NCBI GenBank assembly: GCA_965657085.1
Contig: CBFHND010000003.1
Span: 87,924-151,923, forward strand
Source of the DNA: an uncultured Rhodobacteraceae bacterium
GTDB lineage: Bacteria; Pseudomonadota; Alphaproteobacteria; Rhodobacterales; Rhodobacteraceae
DNA: 64,000 bases
Direction: 5' to 3'
Shown: positions 9,916-19,590 of the stretch, piece by piece
Layout: each line of letters starts with the position of its first letter
Numbering within the stretch: position 1 is the first letter of the stretch
Position numbers and translations under genes: made by a program
Notes under the pieces: model-generated
The model's database searches: none
Seen by the model: only the letters and a program-made list of their open reading frames with translations
What the model was told of the DNA's origin: nothing

Positions 9916-9968
9916 GGCGGCACTCTAGGCTCTGGCACAGACGCGGTAAACAGGCTAGCTCAGAGGTC

Positions 9969-10751
9969 ATGCTTTCCCTGATCGACCACGCGCCAGCACA
10001 GACAGACACAACAGCCACGCCGCTCTTGATCGCGCATGGGCTTTATGGATCGGCGCGCAACTGGGGCGTTATCGCCAAACGCCTGTCGGACAACCGCCGC
10101 GTGATCACGGTGGATATGCGCAACCACGGCACCAGCCCTTGGAACGACACCCACACCTATCCCGACATGGCCGCAGACCTGGCCGAAGTCATCGATCGGA
10201 TCGGCGCGCCGGTGGATGTTCTGGGCCACTCGATGGGCGGCAAGGCGGCCATGACGCTGGCCGTGCAGCATCCCGACCGGGTCGCGCGGCTGATCGTGGG
10301 GGACATCGCGCCGGTGTCCTATGCCCACAGTCAGATGGAGTTCATCGACGCCATGCGCGCCGTGGACCTGAAGGCTGTCACGCGCCGGTCAGACGCAGCC
10401 GCACAACTGGCCGCACAAGGCGTCGAACCGGCACTGCAATCCTTTTTCACGCAATCACTGGACGTAGCCGGGCGGCGCTGGATGCTGAACCTTGACGCTT
10501 TGGCACGGGCGATGCCCGACATCTTGGCTTTCCCCGCCCTTCAGGGGCAGTTTGACGGCCCCACGCTTTTCTTGTCAGGCGGCGCGTCGCACTATGTCAC
10601 TCCCGAACATCGCCCTGCCATCAAGGCACTTTTCCCCAATGCCCGCTTTGCCAAGATCCCCGGCGCGGGTCACTGGCTGCACGCTGAAAAACCGCGCGAA
10701 TTCGAGGCAGCCGTGCGCGCCTTTCTGACCATGGCGGCCCCGGCCTCTTGA
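9969..10751 (+). CDS. Alpha/beta-fold hydrolase (esterase YbfF-like)
   Basis: Nucleophile elbow GHSMGG and C-terminal GAGHWLHAEKP. Confidence 0.8.
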   Translation: MLSLIDHAPAQTDTTATPLLIAHGLYGSARNWGVIAKRLSDNRRVITVDMRNHGTSPWNDTHTYPDMAADLAEVIDRIGAPVDVLGHSMGGKAAMTLAVQHPDRVARLIVGDIAPVSYAHSQMEFIDAMRAVDLKAVTRRSDAAAQLAAQGVEPALQSFFTQSLDVAGRRWMLNLDALARAMPDILAFPALQGQFDGPTLFLSGGASHYVTPEHRPAIKALFPNARFAKIPGAGHWLHAEKPREFEAAVRAFLTMAAPAS

Positions 10752-10824
10752 CGCCACGCCTTTGTGGGTTTCACCTTACACCCTGAAAACGCCTGAGAAA
10801 ACGAGTCGACCAAAGGGGCAAATC

Positions 10825-12024
10825 ATGTGGGACAAGGCACTCGATCATTTTTTGCGCGGGATGATGGTGAAGGATCGTCTGACCGTCACATACCCCGACG
10901 GCACTGATCGCACCTATGGCCCCGAGACAGGCCAGCATGTCGCTCTCCACATTCACGACAAGGACACCCTGCGCGCGATTTGCATCAACCCTGACCTTGG
11001 TGTGGGCGAAGGCTATATGAACGGCACGTTCTCGCCCCGCAACACGACACTCATGCATCTGATTAAGGTGCTGGTGCAAAACCGCGCCGAAGGGCGGGTG
11101 CCTGCGTGGTTGTTGGCCAGCAACCGTGCGCGTTTCCATCTGCGCAGCTTTGTCCAGCGCAATGCACCACAGCGGGCGCGGGCCAATGTGGCCCATCATT
11201 ACGATCTGTCGGATGACCTTTATGCGCGGTTTCTGGATGCGGACATGCAGTATTCCTGCGCCTATTTCACCGATCCAGACATGTCACTGGAAGACGCGCA
11301 ATCGGCCAAGAAGGCGCATATCGCGGCAAAACTGCTGCTGGAGCCCGATTGCCACGTGCTGGACATCGGGTGCGGCTGGGGCGGCATGGCCCTGACCCTT
11401 GCGCGCGACCACGGGTGCCGGGTGACGGGCATCACCCTGTCGGAAAATCAACTGGCCACCGCACAGGCGCGCGCCAAGGCCGAAGGCCTTGATCATCTTG
11501 TGACGTTCAAGTTGCAGGACTATCGCCACACCGAGGGCCAGTTCGACCGCATCGTGAGCGTCGGGATGCTGGAACATGTGGGTGTGCCAAACTTCGACAC
11601 CTATTTTTCGCGGGTCGCCGAATTGCTGTCGCCGGACGGTGTCGCTCTGATCCACACCATCGGGCGCAGCGCACCGCCGATGGCGCACAGTTCATGGATC
11701 AACAAATACATCTTTCCCGGCGGCTATGTCCCTTCGCTGAGCGAACTGGCACCGGCGCTTGAACGGTCGGGCCTGTGGCAGAACGACATCGAGGTCTGGC
11801 GGATGCACTATGCCTACACTCTGCGCCACTGGCTGGAACGGTTCGAGGGGCACGCCGACGCACTGCGGGCGCAATATGACGACCGGTTTATTCGCATGTT
11901 CCGCTATTACCTGACCGTCTGCATTGTCGCCTTTGAGGACCAGATGCAGGGGGTGTACCATCTGCAACTGGCCCACAAGCGCGACGTTGTGCCGACCAGT
12001 CGGAACTATCTGTACCCCGGCTGA
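10825..12024 (+). CDS. cfa: Cyclopropane-fatty-acyl-phospholipid synthase family methyltransferase
   Basis: SAM motif VLDIGCGWGG and family-typical YSCAYF and LRHW segments. Start at MWDKALDHF with AAAGGGG SD. Confidence 0.8.
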   Translation: MWDKALDHFLRGMMVKDRLTVTYPDGTDRTYGPETGQHVALHIHDKDTLRAICINPDLGVGEGYMNGTFSPRNTTLMHLIKVLVQNRAEGRVPAWLLASNRARFHLRSFVQRNAPQRARANVAHHYDLSDDLYARFLDADMQYSCAYFTDPDMSLEDAQSAKKAHIAAKLLLEPDCHVLDIGCGWGGMALTLARDHGCRVTGITLSENQLATAQARAKAEGLDHLVTFKLQDYRHTEGQFDRIVSVGMLEHVGVPNFDTYFSRVAELLSPDGVALIHTIGRSAPPMAHSSWINKYIFPGGYVPSLSELAPALERSGLWQNDIEVWRMHYAYTLRHWLERFEGHADALRAQYDDRFIRMFRYYLTVCIVAFEDQMQGVYHLQLAHKRDVVPTSRNYLYPG

Positions 12025-12122
12025 TCACGTAAAGCTGCCCTGTACTTCGGCCAAAATACACTGCATCCCGGACGGGTCGGGAAATTTTGTGCGGCTCGTC
12101 CCCCAATCGGCGCGCTTAGCCC

Positions 12123-12150
12123 TTGCACCTTTGGCCGCCATGCCTATAAC
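12123..12150 (+). promoter_or_regulatory. Candidate sigma70-type promoter for carB
   Basis: TTGCAC - 16 nt - TATAAC, about 35 nt upstream of the carB ATG. Confidence 0.35.
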
Positions 12151-12183
12151 CCACGACAATTTGGACATCACCGGGGGGCAGAC

Positions 12184-15100
12184 ATGCCAAAGCGCACCGA
12201 CATCAAGTCGATCATGATTATTGGCGCGGGCCCCATTGTGATTGGGCAAGCCTGCGAATTTGACTACTCCGGCGCACAGGCCTGCAAGGCCCTGCGCGAG
12301 GAAGGTTACCGGATCATTCTGGTCAATTCGAACCCTGCGACGATCATGACGGACCCCGGCTTGGCCGATGCCACGTATATCGAACCCATCACCCCCGAAG
12401 TGGTCGCCAAGATCATCGAAAAGGAACGCCCCGATGCGCTGCTGCCCACGATGGGCGGGCAGACCGGGTTGAACACCTCCCTCGCGCTCGAAGAGATGGG
12501 CGTGTTGGAAAAATACGGGGTCGAGATGATCGGGGCCAAGCGCGAAGCCATTGAAATGGCTGAAGATCGCAAGCTGTTCCGCGAGGCGATGGACCGTCTG
12601 GGCATCGAAAACCCCAAGGCCACGATCATCACGGCACCCAAGCGCGATGATGGGTCCAAGGATCTTGATGAAGGCGTGCGGCTGGCGTTGGAAGAGCTGG
12701 AAGAGATCGGCCTTCCCGCGATCATCCGCCCTGCCTTTACCCTTGGCGGCACCGGCGGCGGCGTGGCCTACAACCGCGATGACTACATGCATTTCTGCCG
12801 CTCGGGCATGGATGCATCGCCCGTGGGGCAGATCCTTGTGGATCAAAGCCTTCTGGGCTGGAAGGAATACGAGATGGAGGTGGTGCGCGATACCGCCGAC
12901 AACGCCATCATCGTCTGCGCCATCGAAAACGTGGACCCCATGGGCGTGCACACGGGCGATTCCATCACCGTGGCCCCGGCGCTGACGCTCACGGACAAGG
13001 AATACCAGATCATGCGCACGCACAGCATCAACGTGCTGCGCGAGATTGGCGTCGAAACCGGCGGGTCGAACGTGCAATGGGCGGTGAACCCCGCCGATGG
13101 CCGCATGGTGGTGATCGAAATGAACCCGCGCGTGTCGCGGTCCTCGGCTCTGGCGTCCAAGGCCACGGGCTTTCCCATTGCCAAGATCGCCGCGAAACTC
13201 GCGGTGGGCTACACGCTGGACGAGCTCGACAATGACATCACCAAGGTCACGCCCGCCTCGTTCGAGCCGACCATCGACTATGTCGTGACCAAGATCCCGC
13301 GCTTTGCCTTCGAAAAGTTCCCCGGCTCCGAACCGTATCTTACCACCGCGATGAAGTCGGTGGGCGAGGCGATGGCCATCGGCCGCACGATCCACGAGTC
13401 GATGCAAAAGGCGCTGGCGTCCATGGAGACGGGCCTCACCGGCTTTGACGACATCGACATTCCCGGCGCGCCCGATCCTGCCGCCGTGACAAAGGCGCTG
13501 AGCCAGCAAACCCCCGACCGCATCCGTGTGATCGCGCAGGCCATGCGCCACGGGCTTTCGGATGACGACATCCACGGCATTACCATGTTCGATCCGTGGT
13601 TCCTGGCCCGCATCCGCGAGATCGTGGACACTGAGGCAGAAGTGATTGCAGACGGCCTCCCCACGGACGCCGCAGGGCTGCGCGCGCTCAAGATGATGGG
13701 TTTCAGCGATGCCCGTCTGGCCAAACTGACGGGCCAGACCGAAAAGGACGTGCGCAACGCGCGCCGCGCCGAAGGGGTCGTCGCCAGCTTCAAACGCATC
13801 GACACCTGCGCCGCCGAGTTCGAGGCGCAGACGCCCTACATGTATTCCACCTACGAGGCGCCGGTCTTTGGCGAGGTCGAATGCGAAGCGCGCCCATCGG
13901 ACCGCAAGAAGGTCGTGATCCTGGGCGGTGGCCCCAACCGGATCGGCCAGGGGATCGAATTTGACTATTGCTGCTGCCACGCCTGTTTCGCCCTGACCGA
14001 TGCGGGGTTCGAGACGATCATGGTCAACTGCAACCCCGAAACGGTGTCGACGGACTATGACACCTCGGACCGGCTGTACTTTGAGCCGCTGACCTTTGAG
14101 CACGTGATGGAAATCCTGCGTGTGGAACTGGACAACGGCACCCTGCACGGCGTGATCGTGCAATTCGGCGGCCAGACCCCGCTGAAAATCGCGCAGGCGC
14201 TGGAAGACGAAGGCATCCCGATCCTTGGCACCACGCCAGACGCCATCGATCTTGCAGAAGACCGCGAACGGTTCCAGAAGCTGGTGCAGGACCTTGGCCT
14301 GAAGCAACCCAAGAACGGCATCGCCCATTCCGACGCCGAAGCGTTGGACATCGCGGGCGACATCGGCTTCCCGCTGGTGATCCGGCCTTCCTATGTTCTG
14401 GGCGGCCGCGCAATGGAGATCGTGCGCGATCAGGCCCAGCTTGAACGCTATATTTCCGAGGCCGTTGTGGTCTCGGGCGACAGCCCTGTTCTGCTCGACA
14501 GCTACCTCTCCGGTGCGGTCGAACTGGACGTGGATGCGATCTGTGACGGCACGGACGTGCACGTCGCAGGCATCATGCAGCACATCGAAGAGGCCGGCGT
14601 GCACTCGGGCGACAGCGCCTGTTCGCTGCCGCCTTATTCCCTGCCCGAGGACATCATCAACCAGATCAAGGACCAGACGCATGCGCTGGCCAAGGGTCTG
14701 AACGTGGTGGGCCTGATGAACGTGCAATTCGCGATCAAGGGGGCCGACATCTACCTGATCGAAGTGAACCCCCGCGCCTCGCGCACCGTGCCCTTCGTGG
14801 CCAAGGCCACAGACAGCGCCATCGCATCAATCGCCGCTCGTGTCATGGCGGGCGAGCCGCTGGCGAACTTCCCGATGCGCGCGCCCTATGACGCCAGCGC
14901 CAAATACGACGACGTGCTGCCCTTGGGCGATCCGATGACACTGGCCGATCCGAATATGCCATGGTTCTCGGTCAAGGAGGCCGTGATGCCCTTTGCCCGC
15001 TTCCCCGGCGTCGATACGATCCTCGGCCCCGAAATGCGCTCAACCGGCGAGGTTATGGGCTGGGACCGCGATTTCCCGCGTGCCTTCCTCAAGGCGCAGA

Positions 15101-15516
15101 TGGGCGCGTCGATGCCCCTGCCGTCGTCGGGCTGTGCCTTCATCTCGATCAAGAACGACGACAAGACCGAGCAGATGCTTGAGGCGGCACAGATCCTCAC
15201 GGGCCTCGGCTTTACGCTTGTGGCCACCCGCGGCACAGCGGCGTGGCTGGTGGATCAGGGCGTGGCCTGCGGCACGGTCAACAAGGTCTACGAGGGCCGC
15301 CCGGACGTGACCGACCTGATGAAGGACGGCGGCGTGCAACTGGTCATGAACTCGACCGAGGGCGCCCAGGCGGTGGAAGACAGCAAATCCATCCGCTCCA
15401 TCGCGCTTTACGACAAGATCCCCTACTTCACCACCGCCGCCGCCTCCTATGCCGCGGCTCTGGCGATCAAGGCGCAGGCCGAGGACGAAGTGGGTGTGAA
15501 GGCGTTGCAGGGGTAG
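12184..15516 (+). CDS. carB: Carbamoyl-phosphate synthase large subunit
   Basis: 1110-aa product with duplicated ATP-grasp halves and a C-terminal MGS-like domain. Ends in TAG followed by an in-frame TAA. Confidence 0.97.
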   Translation: MPKRTDIKSIMIIGAGPIVIGQACEFDYSGAQACKALREEGYRIILVNSNPATIMTDPGLADATYIEPITPEVVAKIIEKERPDALLPTMGGQTGLNTSLALEEMGVLEKYGVEMIGAKREAIEMAEDRKLFREAMDRLGIENPKATIITAPKRDDGSKDLDEGVRLALEELEEIGLPAIIRPAFTLGGTGGGVAYNRDDYMHFCRSGMDASPVGQILVDQSLLGWKEYEMEVVRDTADNAIIVCAIENVDPMGVHTGDSITVAPALTLTDKEYQIMRTHSINVLREIGVETGGSNVQWAVNPADGRMVVIEMNPRVSRSSALASKATGFPIAKIAAKLAVGYTLDELDNDITKVTPASFEPTIDYVVTKIPRFAFEKFPGSEPYLTTAMKSVGEAMAIGRTIHESMQKALASMETGLTGFDDIDIPGAPDPAAVTKALSQQTPDRIRVIAQAMRHGLSDDDIHGITMFDPWFLARIREIVDTEAEVIADGLPTDAAGLRALKMMGFSDARLAKLTGQTEKDVRNARRAEGVVASFKRIDTCAAEFEAQTPYMYSTYEAPVFGEVECEARPSDRKKVVILGGGPNRIGQGIEFDYCCCHACFALTDAGFETIMVNCNPETVSTDYDTSDRLYFEPLTFEHVMEILRVELDNGTLHGVIVQFGGQTPLKIAQALEDEGIPILGTTPDAIDLAEDRERFQKLVQDLGLKQPKNGIAHSDAEALDIAGDIGFPLVIRPSYVLGGRAMEIVRDQAQLERYISEAVVVSGDSPVLLDSYLSGAVELDVDAICDGTDVHVAGIMQHIEEAGVHSGDSACSLPPYSLPEDIINQIKDQTHALAKGLNVVGLMNVQFAIKGADIYLIEVNPRASRTVPFVAKATDSAIASIAARVMAGEPLANFPMRAPYDASAKYDDVLPLGDPMTLADPNMPWFSVKEAVMPFARFPGVDTILGPEMRSTGEVMGWDRDFPRAFLKAQMGASMPLPSSGCAFISIKNDDKTEQMLEAAQILTGLGFTLVATRGTAAWLVDQGVACGTVNKVYEGRPDVTDLMKDGGVQLVMNSTEGAQAVEDSKSIRSIALYDKIPYFTTAAASYAAALAIKAQAEDEVGVKALQG

Positions 15517-15860
15517 TAAATAGCGAATCACTCCCTGAACACACACAGTATGTGGTGACTCGAAACGCATCTGAGCACCAGAATTTGAAAAAGTGTCCAC
15601 AAATTGTGTTGACGAAGGCTACAAAGAGTGTTTAAAACCGTGTAAAACACCATATGTTGGTGGAAAGACGCTATATTGCGTCAAATTTTCTTGACATTCA
15701 GCCAAAAACAGCGCAGTTTGGTCCGTGGTCGAAAAATGACGACGCCGCCAAGGTTGCAGCCAAGGCGACGTCTAGCTTTCGATCCACACGTTCTGAGTAA
15801 GGACGCTTGGCAAATCGAGTGCACCCGCCTTGAATCAAAAGGTGGACGGTGAGTCAAGCT

Positions 15861-15885
15861 TCCTTCTCTTTTATCAACAGAAGGA
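15861..15885 (+). promoter_or_regulatory. Anti-SD hairpin occluding the ribosome-binding site of the 68-aa ORF
   Basis: TCCTTCT (15861-15867) pairs with AGAAGGA (15879-15885), which contains the AAGGAG SD. The loop is 11 nt. Confidence 0.35.
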
Positions 15886-15892
15886 GCCAATT

Positions 15893-16099
15893 ATGGCCTC
15901 ACATTACGTCAACAAAAACGCTCAAAGCAACGGTGACCATGAAGTCCACAAAACTGGCTGTTCATGGTTGCCCGAAGTGCGCAACAGAATCTTCTTAGGT
16001 GACTTCGCAAGCTGCGGCCCTGCAGTCTCAAAAGCGAAGTCTTACTACGGCCAAGTGAACGGGTGCTACTACTGCTGTAACGCTTGCCACACATCATAG
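15893..16099 (+). CDS. Small Cys-rich protein (68 aa), function unknown
   Basis: AAGGAG SD 7 nt upstream. Product MASHYVNKNAQSNGDHEVHKTGCSWLP...NGCYYCCNACHTS has 7 Cys. Lies in the AT-rich islet. Confidence 0.55.
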   Translation: MASHYVNKNAQSNGDHEVHKTGCSWLPEVRNRIFLGDFASCGPAVSKAKSYYGQVNGCYYCCNACHTS

Positions 16100-16112
16100 C
16101 GGAGAAGAAACA

Positions 16113-16286
16113 ATGGCTACGAACCCCCCAAGCGGAGACGGCAAGCGAAACGGAGCTGTCCGCAAGAGATCCCAAACCCAAGCGCCCAATGGAAATTGGG
16201 TAAAGCGTGACAAAGACACAGGACGCTTTATGGACCAAAAGACCTCAAGCAAAACGCCTTTCAAAGGTGTACGCAAAGAGAAATGA
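16113..16286 (+). CDS. Small, highly basic protein (57 aa), function unknown; below the ORF-track length cutoff
   Basis: GGAG SD. ATG at 16113 gives MATNPPSGDGKRNGAVRKRSQTQAPNGNWVKRDKDTGRFMDQKTSSKTPFKGVRKEK, with TGA at 16284-16286. It starts 13 nt after the previous ORF and is followed by a strong terminator. Confidence 0.45.
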   Translation: MATNPPSGDGKRNGAVRKRSQTQAPNGNWVKRDKDTGRFMDQKTSSKTPFKGVRKEK

Positions 16287-16290
16287 CTGC

Positions 16291-16319
16291 GTAGGGCGAG
16301 CTATACTCGCCCTACTTTT
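16291..16319 (+). terminator. Rho-independent terminator
   Basis: GTAGGGCGAG ctata CTCGCCCTAC followed by TTTT. Confidence 0.8.
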
Positions 16320-16339
16320 CGTGATTCCAATTCCACTCT

Positions 16340-17098
16340 CTACTCGAAAATCACTTCCGTGAGCCGTGCCGCGCCCTCTTTCAGGATCAGGTGCCGTTCG
16401 GGCGCATCATCGAGGGAAATGCGCTGTTTCGGGCCGTGAAAGGCGAGCGACGCCACATAGCGGCCATGAAGATCGTGTACCGGCACGGCCATCGCCACCA
16501 TTTCAGGAATGAATTCTTCGGCGTCCACCGTGTATCCGCGCGCTTCGCTGGCGTCGAGTTCGGCCAAAAGGGCCCCCGCATCCGTGATGGTGTTGTCGGT
16601 GTAGTGCTTGAGATCAAGGGCAGAAACGAACTTGCGGCGCTCGTCGGGTTGCAGGCTTGACATAAACGCCTTGCCGCTGGCTGTGCAGTGAAACGGCACG
16701 TTCGATCCGCGCGGCAACTGCACGCGGAAGGGCCAATCGGCTTCGACCCGGTCAAGGTAGTGCATACCTGTTTCCTCGGGCACGACATAGTTCACGGTTT
16801 CCTGAATCTGGTCAGACACCCTTTGAAGGATCTGGTGGCGCGCGATGTGAAAGCGTGAAGCGTGCAGCACCCCGGCCCCGATCTGGCGCAGGCGGCGGCT
16901 GGGCCGATACCGCATGCCCCCCTCTTCGCGCACGAGAAAGCCTTCGCGCTCGAGCGTGGCGACAAGCCGATGCACCGTTTGTTTGGGCAGGCCCAGCTCT
17001 GCGTTGATTTCCGTGGCCGACATCGGGCGCTCACCGCGTCCGATCACCTCCATGATCAGAAGCGTGCGCAAATTGGTCGGAATACGTTGCGGTCCCAT
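16340..17098 (-). CDS. IclR-family transcriptional regulator
   Basis: N-terminal wHTH (LRTLLIMEVI..MSATEINAELGLPKQTVHRLVATLEREGFL) plus a C-terminal effector domain. Divergent from the catabolic genes. Confidence 0.85.
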   Translation of the reverse strand: MGPQRIPTNLRTLLIMEVIGRGERPMSATEINAELGLPKQTVHRLVATLEREGFLVREEGGMRYRPSRRLRQIGAGVLHASRFHIARHQILQRVSDQIQETVNYVVPEETGMHYLDRVEADWPFRVQLPRGSNVPFHCTASGKAFMSSLQPDERRKFVSALDLKHYTDNTITDAGALLAELDASEARGYTVDAEEFIPEMVAMAVPVHDLHGRYVASLAFHGPKQRISLDDAPERHLILKEGAARLTEVIFE

Positions 17099-17151
17099 TT
17101 GAAACTCTTGACTTGCCAGAATCGAGATGCGCTGAGTATAGTGCGATCAAT

Positions 17152-17186
17152 GATAAAAACGAGACAAAAAGTCTCATTTTTTGATC
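17152..17186. promoter_or_regulatory. AT-rich imperfect inverted repeat, candidate operator in the iclR / GMC-oxidoreductase intergenic region
   Basis: GATAAAAACGAGAC aaaaa GTCTCATTTTTTGATC. Core stem GAGAC/GTCTC with extended A/T arms. Sits just upstream of the GGGAGGG SD and GTG start at 17200. Confidence 0.35.
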
Positions 17187-17199
17187 TTGGGAGGGATCA

Positions 17200-18807
17200 G
17201 TGAAATTCGACTTCGTGGTTATTGGCGCAGGCTCAGCCGGCTGTGCTGTTGCTGGGCGTTTGAGCGAGAACGGAAAATACTCCGTTGCGGTGCTCGAGGC
17301 CGGAGGTCGTGACACCAACCCGTGGATCCATATCCCCGTCGGATATTTCCGCACCATGGACAACCCGCGCACCGACTGGCGCTATGTCACGCAGCCTGAT
17401 CCGGGCATCAATGGCCGGGCGATCCCGTGGCCGCGCGGTCGGGTTCTGGGCGGGTCCAGTTCGATCAACGGCTTGCTCTACGTCCGCGGACAACCGGGTG
17501 ACTTCGACCACTGGCGGCAACTGGGCAACACCGGCTGGGCATGGGACGATGTCATGCCGTTCTTCAAGAAGGCCGAAAACTGGCAAGGCGACGGCGAAGA
17601 CCCCGACGACGTGCGCGGGACAGGCGGCCCGCTTCAGGTGTCGCCCACGCGGCTCAAGCGTGATGTCGTGGACAAGTGGATCGAGGCAGCCAAGGCCGCA
17701 GGGTACAAGGAAGCGCCCGACTACAACGGGCTTGATCAGGAAGGTGTCGGGTATTTCCAGCTGACGCAGGCCAACGGCCGCCGCTGTTCATCGGCGCGCG
17801 CCTATCTCACGCCCAACCGCAACCGCGAAAACTTGACGATCATCACCAACACGCAAGTGAAGGATCTGGTGATCACAGAAGGCCGCGTGACAGCCATAAA
17901 GGCGGACAAGAACGGCCAGCCTGTCACCATCGAAGTGGGCCGCGAAGCGATCCTGAGCGCAGGCGCCATCGGGTCGCCGCAAATCCTGATGCTGTCGGGT
18001 ATCGGCGGTGGGGCCGACCTTGCCCCGCACGGCATTGACGTGGCGCACGACCTGCCCGGCGTGGGCAAGAACCTGCAAGACCACCTTCAGGCGCGCCCAG
18101 TCTTCAAGACGGATCTCAGCACCATCAACGTCGAGACCAATTCGCTGTTCAAACAGGCGATGATCGGGCTGGAATACATCCTTCGGCGCACCGGCCCCAT
18201 GACGATGGCGGCCAGCCTTGGCACCGGGTTCCTCAAAACGGACCCGGACATGGACACCCCCGACATCCAGTTCCACATTCAGCCCTTTTCGGCGGACAAG
18301 CCCGCAGACGGGCCGCACAAGTTCTCGGCCTTCACGGCGTCGGTTCTGCAAATGCGCCCCGAAAGCGCGGGGCACCTTGAACTCACGTCCTCCAACTGGC
18401 GCGACCACCCGGACATTCACCCCAATTACCTCGCCACGGCGACCGACCAACGCACCATCGTCAAGGGTATCCAGATCGCGCGCAACATTGCCAGGCATCA
18501 ACCGCTGGCAGCGCATGTGCTGGAAGAACACAGCCCCGGCCCTTCCGTGGCGCTGGACGATGAAGCCGCGACACTGGATTGGGCGCGCAACACGGCCGTC
18601 ACGATTTATCACCCCACCGGCACCTGCAAGATGGGCGTTGACCCCATGGCCGTGGTTGACCCGCGCCTGCGGGTGCACGGCATCAAGGGACTGCGCGTGG
18701 CGGATGCTTCGATCATGCCGACGATCACGTCCGGAAACACCAATGCCCCCGCGATCATGATCGGGGAAAAGGCAGCAAATATGATACTAGAGGACGCGCG
18801 CGCATGA
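17200..18807 (+). CDS. slcD: GMC-family FAD oxidoreductase; candidate sulfolactate dehydrogenase (SlcD-like)
   Basis: FAD motif VIGAGSAGC and GMC signatures ([15 protein letters not shown]-terminal HPTGTCKMG). The SlcD assignment rests on context with the hps/comDE genes and my recollection that SlcD is GMC-type. Confidence 0.55.
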   Translation: MKFDFVVIGAGSAGCAVAGRLSENGKYSVAVLEAGGRDTNPWIHIPVGYFRTMDNPRTDWRYVTQPDPGINGRAIPWPRGRVLGGSSSINGLLYVRGQPGDFDHWRQLGNTGWAWDDVMPFFKKAENWQGDGEDPDDVRGTGGPLQVSPTRLKRDVVDKWIEAAKAAGYKEAPDYNGLDQEGVGYFQLTQANGRRCSSARAYLTPNRNRENLTIITNTQVKDLVITEGRVTAIKADKNGQPVTIEVGREAILSAGAIGSPQILMLSGIGGGADLAPHGIDVAHDLPGVGKNLQDHLQARPVFKTDLSTINVETNSLFKQAMIGLEYILRRTGPMTMAASLGTGFLKTDPDMDTPDIQFHIQPFSADKPADGPHKFSAFTASVLQMRPESAGHLELTSSNWRDHPDIHPNYLATATDQRTIVKGIQIARNIARHQPLAAHVLEEHSPGPSVALDDEAATLDWARNTAVTIYHPTGTCKMGVDPMAVVDPRLRVHGIKGLRVADASIMPTITSGNTNAPAIMIGEKAANMILEDARA

Positions 18808-19472
18808 TGGATATGGCACTGGATTTCGGCAAGATCATCATTGCCGATCTCATCCTGTCCGGGGACAACGCGCTTGTCATCGGCATGGCGGCGGCGGGGC
18901 TGTCGCCCAAATTGCGGGCGCGCGCGATCCTCTATGGCATGGTTATCGCCGCAGTGTTGCGCATCGTCTTTGCGGTCGTCGCCACGCAGCTTCTCGAAGT
19001 ACCGGGCCTGTTGTTTGTTGGCGCGCTGTTGCTTTTGTGGGTGTGTTGGCGACTTTACCATGAAATCCGCGAAAACCTTGATGCCCGGGCCGAAGAGGCG
19101 ATGCACGACGCCGAAGACCCCGAGGCGGGCTACACCGGCCCACCGCGCCGCACCATGGCTTCGGCCCTGTTTTCGATCACGCTTGCCGATGTATCCATGT
19201 CATTGGACAACGTCCTTGCCGTGGCCGCGATTGCGGATGGCGACACGACAATGCTGGTCTTCGGGCTGGGCTTGGCCATCGTTCTGATGGCCTTTGCGGC
19301 CACGATCATCATGCGCGTCCTCACGAAATACCCGCTGATTTCGTGGCTGGGCCTTTTCGTGCTGATCTATGTCGCGGGTGAAATGTTCGTACGCGGGTTC
19401 TTTGATGTGGACCTTGGAATTGGTCCGATGCTCGGACTTGTCGAAGGATGGGCCATGGGCAAAGGGCATTGA
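18804..19472 (+). CDS. TerC/YjbE-family integral membrane protein
   Basis: Duplicated motifs [10 protein letters not shown] and [14 protein letters not shown] overlap with the preceding gene. Confidence 0.8.
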   Translation: MMDMALDFGKIIIADLILSGDNALVIGMAAAGLSPKLRARAILYGMVIAAVLRIVFAVVATQLLEVPGLLFVGALLLLWVCWRLYHEIRENLDARAEEAMHDAEDPEAGYTGPPRRTMASALFSITLADVSMSLDNVLAVAAIADGDTTMLVFGLGLAIVLMAFAATIIMRVLTKYPLISWLGLFVLIYVAGEMFVRGFFDVDLGIGPMLGLVEGWAMGKGH

Positions 19473-19590
19473 CGTACACCAGTTGAGAGGCAAGCGTAGT
19501 TTATACGACCTCGAAAACGTTGCAGGCAGCGCCTTCGTCCTGCGACGAAACAAGAAAACCAGAGGGCATTGAACCATAGGGAGGAAAACC

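Noticed and set aside
12025-14727. 900-aa minus-strand ORF
   Set aside because: It is entirely antisense to carB, whose identity is unambiguous. It is a shadow ORF.
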